Source: a virus
Strand: one strand, 5' to 3'
Length of the DNA: 64,000 bases
IMG/VR virus record: IMGVR_UViG_3300013006_000027
Coordinates: 14,428 to 78,427 of that record
The notes beneath the pieces are model-generated. The model saw nothing but the letters and a program-made list of their open reading frames with translations, searched no databases and was not told the DNA's origin. Positions within the stretch are counted from its first letter, which is position 1. The number at the start of each line of letters is the position of its first letter. This document shows, one piece after another, positions 28,254 through 37,397 of this stretch. The position numbers were made by a program, and so were the translations under genes.

Positions 28254-28492
28254 AGAATAAATCGCGCCGAAAAAAATCAACAGATGATTGGCATACAGTG
28301 ATTACTGGAAAAGAAAATCACTGGCAGGCAACTCAATGGTGTACTGAACAATTTGGCCGACGCTGGGGTGTTGTAGATAATCGAGATGGTATATGGTGTT
28401 GCTTTTGGGCTGGTCGAGAACAATTTAGTTCTTATAAATGGTATTTTGAAAATGAGTATGATATTATTTGGTTTACATTGAGGTGGGCATGA
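28244..28492 (+). CDS. F-x-L-R-W family small protein 6
   Basis: Ends FENEYDIIWFTLRWA. Confidence 0.7.
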   Translation: MGIENKSRRKKSTDDWHTVITGKENHWQATQWCTEQFGRRWGVVDNRDGIWCCFWAGREQFSSYKWYFENEYDIIWFTLRWA

Positions 28493-28908
28493 ATAAACAA
28501 TTACAAAACATAGACAACATTGGAAACACTTTAGTTGGTGTATTCCATAGAATCGCACTATTTGGCATAGGAGCTGCTACAATATGGGCAGCTGGATCAG
28601 ATTTTATAGAAATGTTTAGCCAAACTCGTGCTAGTATTGATGACCTATTACTACTGTTTATCTATTTAGAAATTGGGGCTATGGTTGGCATATATTTCAA
28701 AACCAACCATATGCCAGTGCGTTTTCTAATTTATATTGCTATTACAGCACTAACCCGGCACATGGTAGATTTGGTGGCAATTGGGGATGAATCTATGACA
28801 AATATATTGACATTGGCAGGGGCAACTCTTATACTTGCTATTAGCTTGTTGCTGATTAGAATGGCCAGTAGTAAATATCCTAGTAACCAACATGAGGATT
28901 TAGGATAA
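28489..28908 (+). CDS. psiE: Phosphate-starvation-inducible PsiE-family membrane protein
   Basis: DLLLLFIYLEIGAMVGIYFKTNHMPVRFLIYIAITALTR; four TM segments. Confidence 0.85.
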   Translation: MNKQLQNIDNIGNTLVGVFHRIALFGIGAATIWAAGSDFIEMFSQTRASIDDLLLLFIYLEIGAMVGIYFKTNHMPVRFLIYIAITALTRHMVDLVAIGDESMTNILTLAGATLILAISLLLIRMASSKYPSNQHEDLG

Positions 28909-29471
28909 TGAAATTTAAATCAGATGTAGATATTGACTTTGGAGATAGAGACTCTATTCTTCGGTATATTAAGCATACTCCTGCAGCTATGCGTAAAGTT
29001 AATCCTATAAGAAAACATGCTACAGGAATTTATGTAACAGATATTCCATATGATCCAATGAATCACATGGCTGCTATTGATTATGCAGATGCAGAAAATA
29101 GAGGTTATTTAAAATTAGATTTTCTTAATGTTCATGTTTACAATAAAGTAAAAAGTGAAGAACATTTAATTGAATTGATGAGAGAACCTGATTGGTCTAA
29201 TTTAAAAAATAAAGCTTTTGTAGAACAGTTAATTCATTTGAATAATCATTATAATTCAATACAAAAGATGCCTGAACCTATTAATAGTATACCTAGGTTA
29301 GCTATGTTTTTAGCTGTTATTAGACCTGCTAAAAAACATTTGATTGGTAGAACTTGGAATGAAATCGCAAAAACTGTATGGGATAAGGGAGATGATGGAT
29401 ATCATTTTAAGAAGGCGCATGCCATTTCCTATTCATGGCTCGTAGCAGTGCATATGAATTTATTAGGGTAA
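28908..29471 (+). CDS. Miniature DNA polymerase III alpha (DnaE)-like core
   Basis: SDVDIDF, KHATG, GYLKLDFL, AVIRP, GYHFKKAHA.SY motifs in DnaE order. Confidence 0.75.
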   Translation: MKFKSDVDIDFGDRDSILRYIKHTPAAMRKVNPIRKHATGIYVTDIPYDPMNHMAAIDYADAENRGYLKLDFLNVHVYNKVKSEEHLIELMREPDWSNLKNKAFVEQLIHLNNHYNSIQKMPEPINSIPRLAMFLAVIRPAKKHLIGRTWNEIAKTVWDKGDDGYHFKKAHAISYSWLVAVHMNLLG

Positions 29472-29843
29472 TCTTTTTACTAGTGTAATACTACGTTTTT
29501 TGGATCTACGTTTATGTAGTTCAGCTAAACTACATACAGGACCATGAATTATAATTAAATTTTTATTTGTAAAGGTTCTTAAAAAAGGTCTAAACATAGA
29601 CCATTCTTCTTTTAAAAATAAATTAATAGGTATTAATCTATTACTCTCCCACCACCATGTCTCGCCTAATTTTAAAAAAATGTTTTTGGCTTCTAAATCA
29701 AGTATTGCACCATAATCATATATAGTGGTTACAGTATCATCACGGTTTTGCACTATACCAACATAGTCTTGGTCGGCATAGGAGCACACTGTAATAAAAG
29801 GGTGATGCTCGGTTAATTTAGTAAAAAAATCTTTTTGAACCAT
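29463..29843 (-). CDS. Hypothetical protein (WWWESNR.IPINLFL)
   Basis: ORF with TAAATA 6 nt upstream. Confidence 0.7.
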   Translation of the reverse strand: MVQKDFFTKLTEHHPFITVCSYADQDYVGIVQNRDDTVTTIYDYGAILDLEAKNIFLKLGETWWWESNRLIPINLFLKEEWSMFRPFLRTFTNKNLIIIHGPVCSLAELHKRRSKKRSITLVKRLP

Positions 29844-29919
29844 ACAGAATATTTACTCTAGTTTACCCGAATTAATAATTAAATATATAGAGACTAAATA
29901 CTAGAAGGAGCTCAAATTT

Positions 29920-30687
29920 GTGTACTCAACCGCAGTATTTCTCTATACGCAGCGACAAATTGTTGTTTTATTATCAGGATATTCACCGAGGAGATATATG
30001 CCCGTATATGCCAAACCCCTAACCCTTCACAGAGGGGTAGATAACCAAATTCAATTTCAGTTCTTAAACCAAGAACAGAAACCCGTGGATATAACAGGTA
30101 AGCAAATTACATGTAGAATTATTAATTATGAAGGTAATGCAACACTTTTACAAAAGAGTCTTACCTTACAATTGCCCGCTACAGGTATAGCGGCTCTTGA
30201 AGTAAGTGCTGCTGATTTAGTAGCCATTGATCCACAAAAATGCTATTACTCATTAGAAATACCAGTTGGTGCTTTTGATTATCCTGTTTTCGTAGATCAA
30301 AATGCAGGTGCTAGGGGCGACATGTATATCGTTAATTCGGTATTACCTAGCTTTGTTCCCTCAATTGAAGTTAGTATTCCAACTGGGCAAGCATTTCCTA
30401 ACAACAATCCAAATCAAAATTCTCAACCTGATGTTACTTATTATTCTAGTGTGATTGAAAGTAGTGATAGTTCCATACTTACCTTCCAAGTCAAACTAGA
30501 AGAATATTATGGGAACGTTGACATTCAAGGTTCTACTATAGTAGATGGAGATTGGTATCCAATTACTAATAATACATATGATGATGTTACTGACACAATT
30601 GGGTACACCATTACTGGATTTCATCCTTACGTAAGAATTGGATTTACTAGTAATGCAGGCGCGATAACCAATATATTGTCTCGCTAG
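29920..30687 (+). CDS. Virion structural protein (BppU-like Ig fold)
   Basis: CTAAATA late promoter + AAGGAG; GVDNQIQFQFLNQEQKPVDITG. Confidence 0.55.
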   Translation: MYSTAVFLYTQRQIVVLLSGYSPRRYMPVYAKPLTLHRGVDNQIQFQFLNQEQKPVDITGKQITCRIINYEGNATLLQKSLTLQLPATGIAALEVSAADLVAIDPQKCYYSLEIPVGAFDYPVFVDQNAGARGDMYIVNSVLPSFVPSIEVSIPTGQAFPNNNPNQNSQPDVTYYSSVIESSDSSILTFQVKLEEYYGNVDIQGSTIVDGDWYPITNNTYDDVTDTIGYTITGFHPYVRIGFTSNAGAITNILSR

Positions 30688-30735
30688 TTCTCCGTTGTAG
30701 TTGTTCAATTATTAAATTTATGCTATAATATAGGG

Positions 30736-31710
30736 ATGTTTGATATCCTATCTATTATTCCAGGTAAAAAAAAGAATACTCAATCTGGATGGACTTCTTT
30801 TAATGCCATATGTTGTGGGTATCGGGGGCATAAGCCAGACCAAAGAATGCGGGGTGGTATTAAGTTTGATGGCGATACTGCGTGGACTATGCATTGCTTT
30901 AACTGTCAATTTAAGTGCGGGTTTATCTTAGGTAAAAGTATTTCTCCAAAGACTAGACAGTTGCTACAATGGTCTGGAATCGAAGATTCTCAGATAACTA
31001 AATGGAGTCTAGAAAGTCTACAACATAAAGATTTGTTAGATTATATACGAGTAAAAAAACAAAAAAGTAGAATTAAATTTCAGGATCATACATTACCTGA
31101 AGGAGAATTAATTGATATTAATAATCCTCAGCACACTGTATTCTCAGAGTATTTGTTGAGTAGAAGTATCAATCCTAATAGTTATCCATTTTTAATTACC
31201 CCTCACGAAAAAGGTAGAAATGGTAATCGTATCATAATTCCATATACTTATAAAAATAAAATAGTTGGACATACTAGTAGATTCTTAGATAATAGAATCC
31301 CCAAATATATTAATGAGCAACAACCCGGTTATGTTTTTAATATTGATAGTCAAAAACCTGATTGGCAAGTATGTATTGTTACTGAGGGAATATTTGATGC
31401 ACTAAGTATTGATGGGGTGGCAGTAATGCACAATGATATTAATAACGACCAAGCAACATTATTGGGATCATTGAATAAGCCAATCATACTAGTTCCTGAT
31501 AGAGATAATACAGGATTAGCGTTATGTGATAAAGCATTAGAGTTAGGATATAAAATTAGTTTACCAAATTGGGATATAGATGTTAAAGATGTAAATGATG
31601 CAGTAGTAAAATATGGAAAATTACCAACATTGTTAAGTATATTGCAGGCAGCAACTAGTAGTAAAATTAAGATAGAATTAAAGAGGAAGCAAATTGCTAA
31701 AGGAATATAA
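30736..31710 (+). CDS. DNA primase (gp61-like)
   Basis: Zn-binding C..C / HCFNC, RIIIP, TOPRIM EGIFDALSI, PDRD, KDVND. Confidence 0.9.
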   Translation: MFDILSIIPGKKKNTQSGWTSFNAICCGYRGHKPDQRMRGGIKFDGDTAWTMHCFNCQFKCGFILGKSISPKTRQLLQWSGIEDSQITKWSLESLQHKDLLDYIRVKKQKSRIKFQDHTLPEGELIDINNPQHTVFSEYLLSRSINPNSYPFLITPHEKGRNGNRIIIPYTYKNKIVGHTSRFLDNRIPKYINEQQPGYVFNIDSQKPDWQVCIVTEGIFDALSIDGVAVMHNDINNDQATLLGSLNKPIILVPDRDNTGLALCDKALELGYKISLPNWDIDVKDVNDAVVKYGKLPTLLSILQAATSSKIKIELKRKQIAKGI

Positions 31711-33112
31711 TAGGGACGTTCAATTACTTTTCTTACAAATGATGTTAACCAATGCAGAATTGTATACTAGAGTAATGAATATTATGAACTCGGATAATTT
31801 TGATAGGTCAATTAGACCAGTTGCCGAGTTTATTAAAGAATATAGTACTAAGTATAGCCTGTTGCCCGACATTACTCAAATCAAAGCGACTACTGGTATT
31901 GACGTTGAGCTAATTGAAGATTTTAGTGATAAACATACTGAATGGTTTCTTGCAGAATTTGAATCATTTACTAAGCGTCAAGAATTAGAACGTGCGATTC
32001 TTAAATCAGCCGACTTGTTAGAGAAGGGTGACTTTGGGCCAGTTGAAAAATTAATTAAAGATGCGGTTCAAATCAGTTTACAACGTGACATGGGTACTGA
32101 CTACTTTGCAGATCCTAAAGCACGTATTAACAAATATTTCAATGCAGGTGGACAACAAAGTACAGGGTGGCCTCAACTTGATAAACTGTTATATGGTGGT
32201 TTTAGTCGTGGTGAACTGAATATTTTTGCAGGTGGATCAGGATCAGGTAAGTCATTAGTAATGATGAACATTGCACTAAATTGGTTGCAAATGGGTTTGA
32301 GCGGAGTATATGTATCATTAGAACTTTCAGAAGAGTTAACTTCACTAAGAACCGATGCAATGTTAACTAGTATGAGTACTAGGGATATTCGTAAAGACAT
32401 TGATTCTACTGAACTCAGAGTTAAAATGGCTGGCAAAAAAGCTGGTCAATATAGAGTTAAAGGTCTTCCAGCGCAAAGTAATGTCAACGATATTCGTTCA
32501 TACTTAAAAGAAGTACAAATTCAAACAGGTATGCGTGTAGATTTTGTGATGATTGATTATTTAGATTTAGTTATGCCTGTATCTGTTAAAGTTAATCCTA
32601 ATGATCAGTTTATTAAAGACAAATATGTTTCAGAAGAATTACGTAACTTGGCAAAAGAGTTAGGTATCCTTATGGTAACAGCAAGTCAATTGAATAGGTC
32701 AGCAGTAGAAGAAATTGAATTTGATCATAGTCATATTGCAGGTGGTATCAGTAAAATTAACACAGCGGATAACGTGTTTGGTATTTTCACAAGCCGTAGT
32801 ATGCGTGAACGTGGACAATATCAAATTCAATGTATGAAAAGTCGTAGTAGTACTGGTGTTGGTCAAAAGATTGATTTAGATTATAATATAGAAACTATGC
32901 GTATTACTGATAGTGATCCTGAAGGTCATGGAGAACAGCAAAATTCATATACTCCTAAACTCAATCCTAACAATATAATGAGTACATTAAAAGCAACATC
33001 TATGGTAATAGATCAGTCTACGGGAGAAATATTAGAGCCTGAAAACAAGCGAGTAGTTGCAGATGTGCAAGGAAGTAAATTAAAATCATTACTTAATTCA
33101 CTAAAGAAATAA
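31694..33112 (+). CDS. Replicative DnaB-like helicase (gp41-like)
   Basis: STGW..LD, GGSGSGKS, SLEL, IDYLDL, TASQLNR, KSR. Confidence 0.92.
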   Translation: MLKEYNRDVQLLFLQMMLTNAELYTRVMNIMNSDNFDRSIRPVAEFIKEYSTKYSLLPDITQIKATTGIDVELIEDFSDKHTEWFLAEFESFTKRQELERAILKSADLLEKGDFGPVEKLIKDAVQISLQRDMGTDYFADPKARINKYFNAGGQQSTGWPQLDKLLYGGFSRGELNIFAGGSGSGKSLVMMNIALNWLQMGLSGVYVSLELSEELTSLRTDAMLTSMSTRDIRKDIDSTELRVKMAGKKAGQYRVKGLPAQSNVNDIRSYLKEVQIQTGMRVDFVMIDYLDLVMPVSVKVNPNDQFIKDKYVSEELRNLAKELGILMVTASQLNRSAVEEIEFDHSHIAGGISKINTADNVFGIFTSRSMRERGQYQIQCMKSRSSTGVGQKIDLDYNIETMRITDSDPEGHGEQQNSYTPKLNPNNIMSTLKATSMVIDQSTGEILEPENKRVVADVQGSKLKSLLNSLKK

Positions 33113-33137
33113 TTATTACATATAGAATAAATATAAT

Positions 33138-33395
33138 ATGCAGAAAAAAACTCGTAGCCTTTTGGAAGAATTAGAAGCTTTAGGCGATAATCGTGATGTA
33201 AATCATATTATTGAGAACCGAGCCCACAACATTATTACCAGTGCTATTAATTTATTAGAACTAATTAATAAGCATTATGATAGTGAGAGATCGGAAATCT
33301 TAGAAAGAAAGCTATTAAGTGCTATAAAAGGCAGAGACCAAACTAGGTTTGCAAAATCATTAAGGAAGAAAAATGAAGCTCCAGGAAATCAATGA
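33138..33395 (+). CDS. Hypothetical late protein
   Basis: ATAAATA 4 nt before ATG. Confidence 0.7.
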   Translation: MQKKTRSLLEELEALGDNRDVNHIIENRAHNIITSAINLLELINKHYDSERSEILERKLLSAIKGRDQTRFAKSLRKKNEAPGNQ

Positions 33396-34560
33396 GGCAT
33401 CGGTAAATGAAGAAGGGATCATAGGGCGTGGTGTTGCCGCTGCTCAGCAGCTTGGTTCTAAACTAATTGGTAGTGAGTTAAGCCGAATGTCTGTCACTGA
33501 TAGACATGCCATGAATATCTTTATTAAAGATTTTCTTGATAAAGTTTCAGTTGCATTAGGTGTTGCTGTTAAAAGTAGCGTAGTTGACCCTACTATAGTA
33601 GATACTTCAAGTGTAAGCAGTGGGGGAGGAGCAATTAAACCTACTGGTGCACCATTAAGTCAGTTAGGAAAACAAACACAACAACAGATGTTAGCTCAAC
33701 GAGCGGCTAATGCAGCTCCAGGTACAGGTAGAAAACCTTCAGCTCCTGGTCAACCAGCAGCACCGACGGCTGCTGCCCCAACAGCACCCACATTACCAGC
33801 AGCGCCGGCGGCTCCCGCGACACCATTAACTGATTTTGGCACTGTTGGGGCCAAAAGAGCGGAAAGGGCTCAGGCAAGAGCAGCGATTCCTGATCCAGAT
33901 CTTAATGTAGGAAGAAGAGAACCTAAGGTAGGCTCACTAAGTGAAACACAATATCAAAAATTAAATTCAATTTTTGAAAGCATTCTTCTTACCGAAGCAA
34001 AAAGCATAGCTACTTTTGTCAAAGATTTCCTTAATACCAATGTACCACAACTTAATACTAAAGATCCTGATATTGCCAAAGCCTTAGATAAACTTATTGC
34101 TCAAGTTCAAACTGATTGGACTAAAGATAAAGGTAAAAGTGCATTCACCAAATTAGCACAAGCAGCTTACCTCTTGGCTAAAGTTCCAACCTCTAGTGGC
34201 ACTGGTGGACAACTAGGTTCCAAAACACAAGGACCAGCAGGTGCACAAGGACAAGCAGGTGCACAAGGTACTAGAACTCAGGGAGCAGGTGCTACTCAAG
34301 CAGCTCCTGATATAGCACAATATACTAATAATATATTGTCACAAATTAATAGAATGCAAAGAAATGATGCGGATGATTTAGATGCTATTATTATGAATTC
34401 TTTGCGTAGATTATATAAAGTTAACTCTTCTGCCTATATGGACACTGCACAACATCTTAAAACAATGCTCCAAACTAGTGCGCCAGTTACACCTGCACCT
34501 ACACAAGGCCCACCCAATCTATCAATAGCTAGAGAATCTAAAAACAGAGTTAGAAAATGA
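33373..34560 (+). CDS. Putative processed internal head protein, Ala/Pro-rich
   Basis: MKLQEINE leader; VNE, LSE, LTE sites. Confidence 0.55.
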   Translation: MKLQEINEASVNEEGIIGRGVAAAQQLGSKLIGSELSRMSVTDRHAMNIFIKDFLDKVSVALGVAVKSSVVDPTIVDTSSVSSGGGAIKPTGAPLSQLGKQTQQQMLAQRAANAAPGTGRKPSAPGQPAAPTAAAPTAPTLPAAPAAPATPLTDFGTVGAKRAERAQARAAIPDPDLNVGRREPKVGSLSETQYQKLNSIFESILLTEAKSIATFVKDFLNTNVPQLNTKDPDIAKALDKLIAQVQTDWTKDKGKSAFTKLAQAAYLLAKVPTSSGTGGQLGSKTQGPAGAQGQAGAQGTRTQGAGATQAAPDIAQYTNNILSQINRMQRNDADDLDAIIMNSLRRLYKVNSSAYMDTAQHLKTMLQTSAPVTPAPTQGPPNLSIARESKNRVRK

Positions 34561-35714
34561 ATTTGACTGAATCATTAGCCTCTCTTAGAAATAAGTTAGA
34601 AACTATTGATGTCCCTTTATTAACTGAAGACAAGGGACACTTGGATCATCCTGAGGATTTGGTATTTTTAGGAGATGTTACTGGTGCTAATCGGGCAGTA
34701 GATGCAATTGCAAAAACAGTTACAAATCCAAAAACTGTTACTATTAAGTGGGATGGATATCCTGCTCTTATATTTGGGCGTGATACTAATGGTAAATTTA
34801 GTATCATGGACAAACATATGTTCAACAAGAAAGATGGTACTGGAAGACAAGTTTATAGTCCTGAAGAATTTAGAAAATATGATATAGACCGTGGGGTAGA
34901 TCGTTCTGATTTACATAGACTAATAGCTGAAATTTGGTCTGGTCTAGAAAAAGCAAGTAATGGAACTAAAGGTTATTACTGGGGAGACTTACTCTTCAAT
35001 AAGCCACTAGCCGATAATAATGGATTGTACACATTCAAAGCTAACCCTAATGGCATAACATACACCGTAGACATTAATAGCGACACAGGTAAGTTGATGA
35101 AAGGCAAAACTGCTGGTATAGCAGTACATCAATATATAACTCCTGAGGCCCCCAATACTGATTCTGCTGTGCCATTGGATGGAACGATAGGACAGCTTAA
35201 GAACAATAGTAACGTTGCTATTATTCCTAGCAAAATGCCTATTACTCCTAACTTGAAACTAGATCAAAAGTTATTAGCTAAAACTAAACAAGATATTTTA
35301 AAATATGGTCAGGCTGTTGACCAGTTAATGAATTCAGCACCGCAAGCTAGAAATACATTTAATCAACTGTTTACCGTGTATATTAATAAGCGTATTGTAG
35401 GTGGTAACTTAAATGATTTATTATCAGGATTTATGGAGTTTATCGCAAGTAGACCCATGACTGACAAGATGAGAGCCAAGATAGATGAGCATCTACAAGT
35501 TAATAAAGAAGGGTTGATTGGTGCATTTACTATATGGATGGATATTTATAATCTTAAGATGAATGTAGTTGAACAACTAAACAAAGCCGCTGAAGCTAGT
35601 CCTGTAAAAGGATATTTACAAGATGGTACACAAACTCAAGAAGGATTTGTTTCTAATGGTCTTAAGTTTGTAGATAGAATGGGCTTCAGCAGACAGAACC
35701 TCCAGGGTCGCTGA
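34557..35714 (+). CDS. DUF6267-like protein with ligase/nucleotidyltransferase motifs
   Basis: HLDHPED, TIKWDG (KxDG), WGDLLF, EGFV, LKFVDR. Confidence 0.65.
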   Translation: MNLTESLASLRNKLETIDVPLLTEDKGHLDHPEDLVFLGDVTGANRAVDAIAKTVTNPKTVTIKWDGYPALIFGRDTNGKFSIMDKHMFNKKDGTGRQVYSPEEFRKYDIDRGVDRSDLHRLIAEIWSGLEKASNGTKGYYWGDLLFNKPLADNNGLYTFKANPNGITYTVDINSDTGKLMKGKTAGIAVHQYITPEAPNTDSAVPLDGTIGQLKNNSNVAIIPSKMPITPNLKLDQKLLAKTKQDILKYGQAVDQLMNSAPQARNTFNQLFTVYINKRIVGGNLNDLLSGFMEFIASRPMTDKMRAKIDEHLQVNKEGLIGAFTIWMDIYNLKMNVVEQLNKAAEASPVKGYLQDGTQTQEGFVSNGLKFVDRMGFSRQNLQGR

Positions 35715-35832
35715 ATAATTTCCACCCTTTATAACTTTTTCTGTCGCCCCTAGACAGCGCAGAAGTATGCCCTTGACCTAGATATTTGAGGTCAGTTACA
35801 TTGTGGGTTTTCTTGTATAGATAAATAGTCAT
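35686..35832 (-). pseudogene. Internally deleted GIY-YIG-like homing endonuclease (48 aa)
   Basis: MTIYLYKKTHNVTDLKYLGQ fused to GHTSALSRGDRKSYKGWKL; carries the same leader as the HNH gene. Confidence 0.7.
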
Positions 35833-35901
35833 GCTGATGTTCCTTTACAACATTAGAGTAGTTGGGGTTTCCGAGGCCCGCGAACTACACTTTTATTTAT
35901 G
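35833..35901 (-). promoter_or_regulatory. Late promoter + structured leader (copy 2)
   Basis: Closely similar to 17753-17820, with compensatory changes. Confidence 0.8.
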
Positions 35902-35979
35902 CTAAACCGATATTTTTTGCCATTTTGTATAAATAATTATATGAGACAGTAGGTCTCAACAAATATAAGGAATTTTAAA

Positions 35980-36363
35980 ATGGCTCAATTTACAAAAGTT
36001 AATGGTGACTTTCTACCAGTTCTAAACTTAGACACATTTGCATACACAAACAGTGGTGCTAATGCTCTTAGCAGTGCTAACACAGTTCAACCACAAGGTC
36101 CTAAGCTTCAGTACTTTACTGTTACAGGTACAGGCGAGTTAAGTGGTGCTCAAATCAACATCATTACTCAGACAGTTCAGCAATTAGCAACAATCTATAT
36201 CTATGAGTATACCAATACAACAAATGATACATTTGCGTTTGCTTCATATCCAGCTGGTGCTTGGACAACTGGCACATTAGACACAGCAGTTAATGCTGCT
36301 CTAACTGCTGCAGGTATTGCTAACACAACATCTTCAACAGCTTCAGCTACATTTACAAACTAA
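35980..36363 (+). CDS. Small Thr/Ala-rich virion protein
   Basis: TATAAATA late promoter at 35928, TAAGGA RBS, own terminator. Confidence 0.7.
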   Translation: MAQFTKVNGDFLPVLNLDTFAYTNSGANALSSANTVQPQGPKLQYFTVTGTGELSGAQINIITQTVQQLATIYIYEYTNTTNDTFAFASYPAGAWTTGTLDTAVNAALTAAGIANTTSSTASATFTN

Positions 36364-36382
36364 TTATTAGTTTTGTATTTAA

Positions 36383-36412
36383 AAGCCCGAGAATTATTCT
36401 TGGGCTTTTTTT
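36383..36412 (+). terminator. Intrinsic terminator
   Basis: AAGCCCGAGAA-tta-TTCTTGGGCTT followed by a T run. Confidence 0.85.
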
Positions 36413-36427
36413 ATGGCTAAATAGTTA

Positions 36428-36883
36428 ATGACGTATAGAATACAATGTTATACACTTTTTGATGTAACTAATACAGGAGTGCTTAATCGGTCAAAGCCAG
36501 CCGATGTTACTGATGAAGATACTTGGCGATTCAAAAGAAACACGCAAGCAAATTTTGATACAGTACTTCAATCTATATCATTACGTTCACAACCGGATGT
36601 ACTAAAAAAGCCTGAAAAAATTAATATTCGTTTTGATAAATTTCAGAATTTTGGTTTTTTGTTTGAGCAATTAGAAGATGAGACTTATCCATGTTGGTAT
36701 TTTGAATTTGAAGTTTATCATAACAGTGTATTTGACAATGGTATAATAGAGTTTGGCTTTTTATATAGTGATTGTGATAGAGTGCCAATGATATTGTGTG
36801 GTACAGAATGGGATAAGTTGTCTCCATTTTTAGATACTAGTTCTGAATTACGAAACATATATTTTACATTACAAAATGATTGA
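36428..36883 (+). CDS. Hypothetical protein (TLFDVTNTG)
   Basis: Late promoter 4 nt upstream. Confidence 0.7.
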   Translation: MTYRIQCYTLFDVTNTGVLNRSKPADVTDEDTWRFKRNTQANFDTVLQSISLRSQPDVLKKPEKINIRFDKFQNFGFLFEQLEDETYPCWYFEFEVYHNSVFDNGIIEFGFLYSDCDRVPMILCGTEWDKLSPFLDTSSELRNIYFTLQND

Positions 36884-37352
36884 AGAAAAAATAGTTGATA
36901 AAATTAATAAGTTCTTGACAAAAGAGCTTGTTCAGAATATGGGTGATTTTGTTATTTTTAAAAACGAAAATAACATTTATGAGTTGTTTAATCAGTACAT
37001 AATTCACCCCTATACAAATAATAGTTATAAAATAGTTTGTAAATTTAATTCGGTTGAAAAAACATTTTCTTCTGTAAAGAATGCGGTTACATGGTGTGTG
37101 TTTGATAAGAACCAAAAAATTAATGAATGCAATAGAATTCAAGAGATTGACGTATTTTTGGATAGCATTGAGCTAGAGACCATACTGTGTAAAAAATATT
37201 TAAAGAAACCAAAAAATCTAGATTCAAAGTTACTTTATCTCAACAAACTAAGAGAGAATCAAGAGAAAAAAAAGAGACTAACTGGGGAATTAGATGAATT
37301 TATCAAGTTGTCAAAGTATTGGCAAGACAAGAAATTTATTCGCAAAGACTAA
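36876..37352 (+). CDS. Hypothetical protein
   Basis: ORF overlapping the previous gene. Confidence 0.65.
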   Translation: MIEEKIVDKINKFLTKELVQNMGDFVIFKNENNIYELFNQYIIHPYTNNSYKIVCKFNSVEKTFSSVKNAVTWCVFDKNQKINECNRIQEIDVFLDSIELETILCKKYLKKPKNLDSKLLYLNKLRENQEKKKRLTGELDEFIKLSKYWQDKKFIRKD

Positions 37353-37397
37353 TAAACATGTGTTTAAGATAAATATATTATAGACTGGGAAAATATT

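Noticed and set aside
34231-34270. Collagen-like domain
   Set aside because: Only about four G-x-x triplets arising from a short local duplication
35700-35930. 3'-end duplication of the ligase-like gene, as seen at uvsY
   Set aside because: No recognisable second copy of the GFSRQNL-coding end after the element
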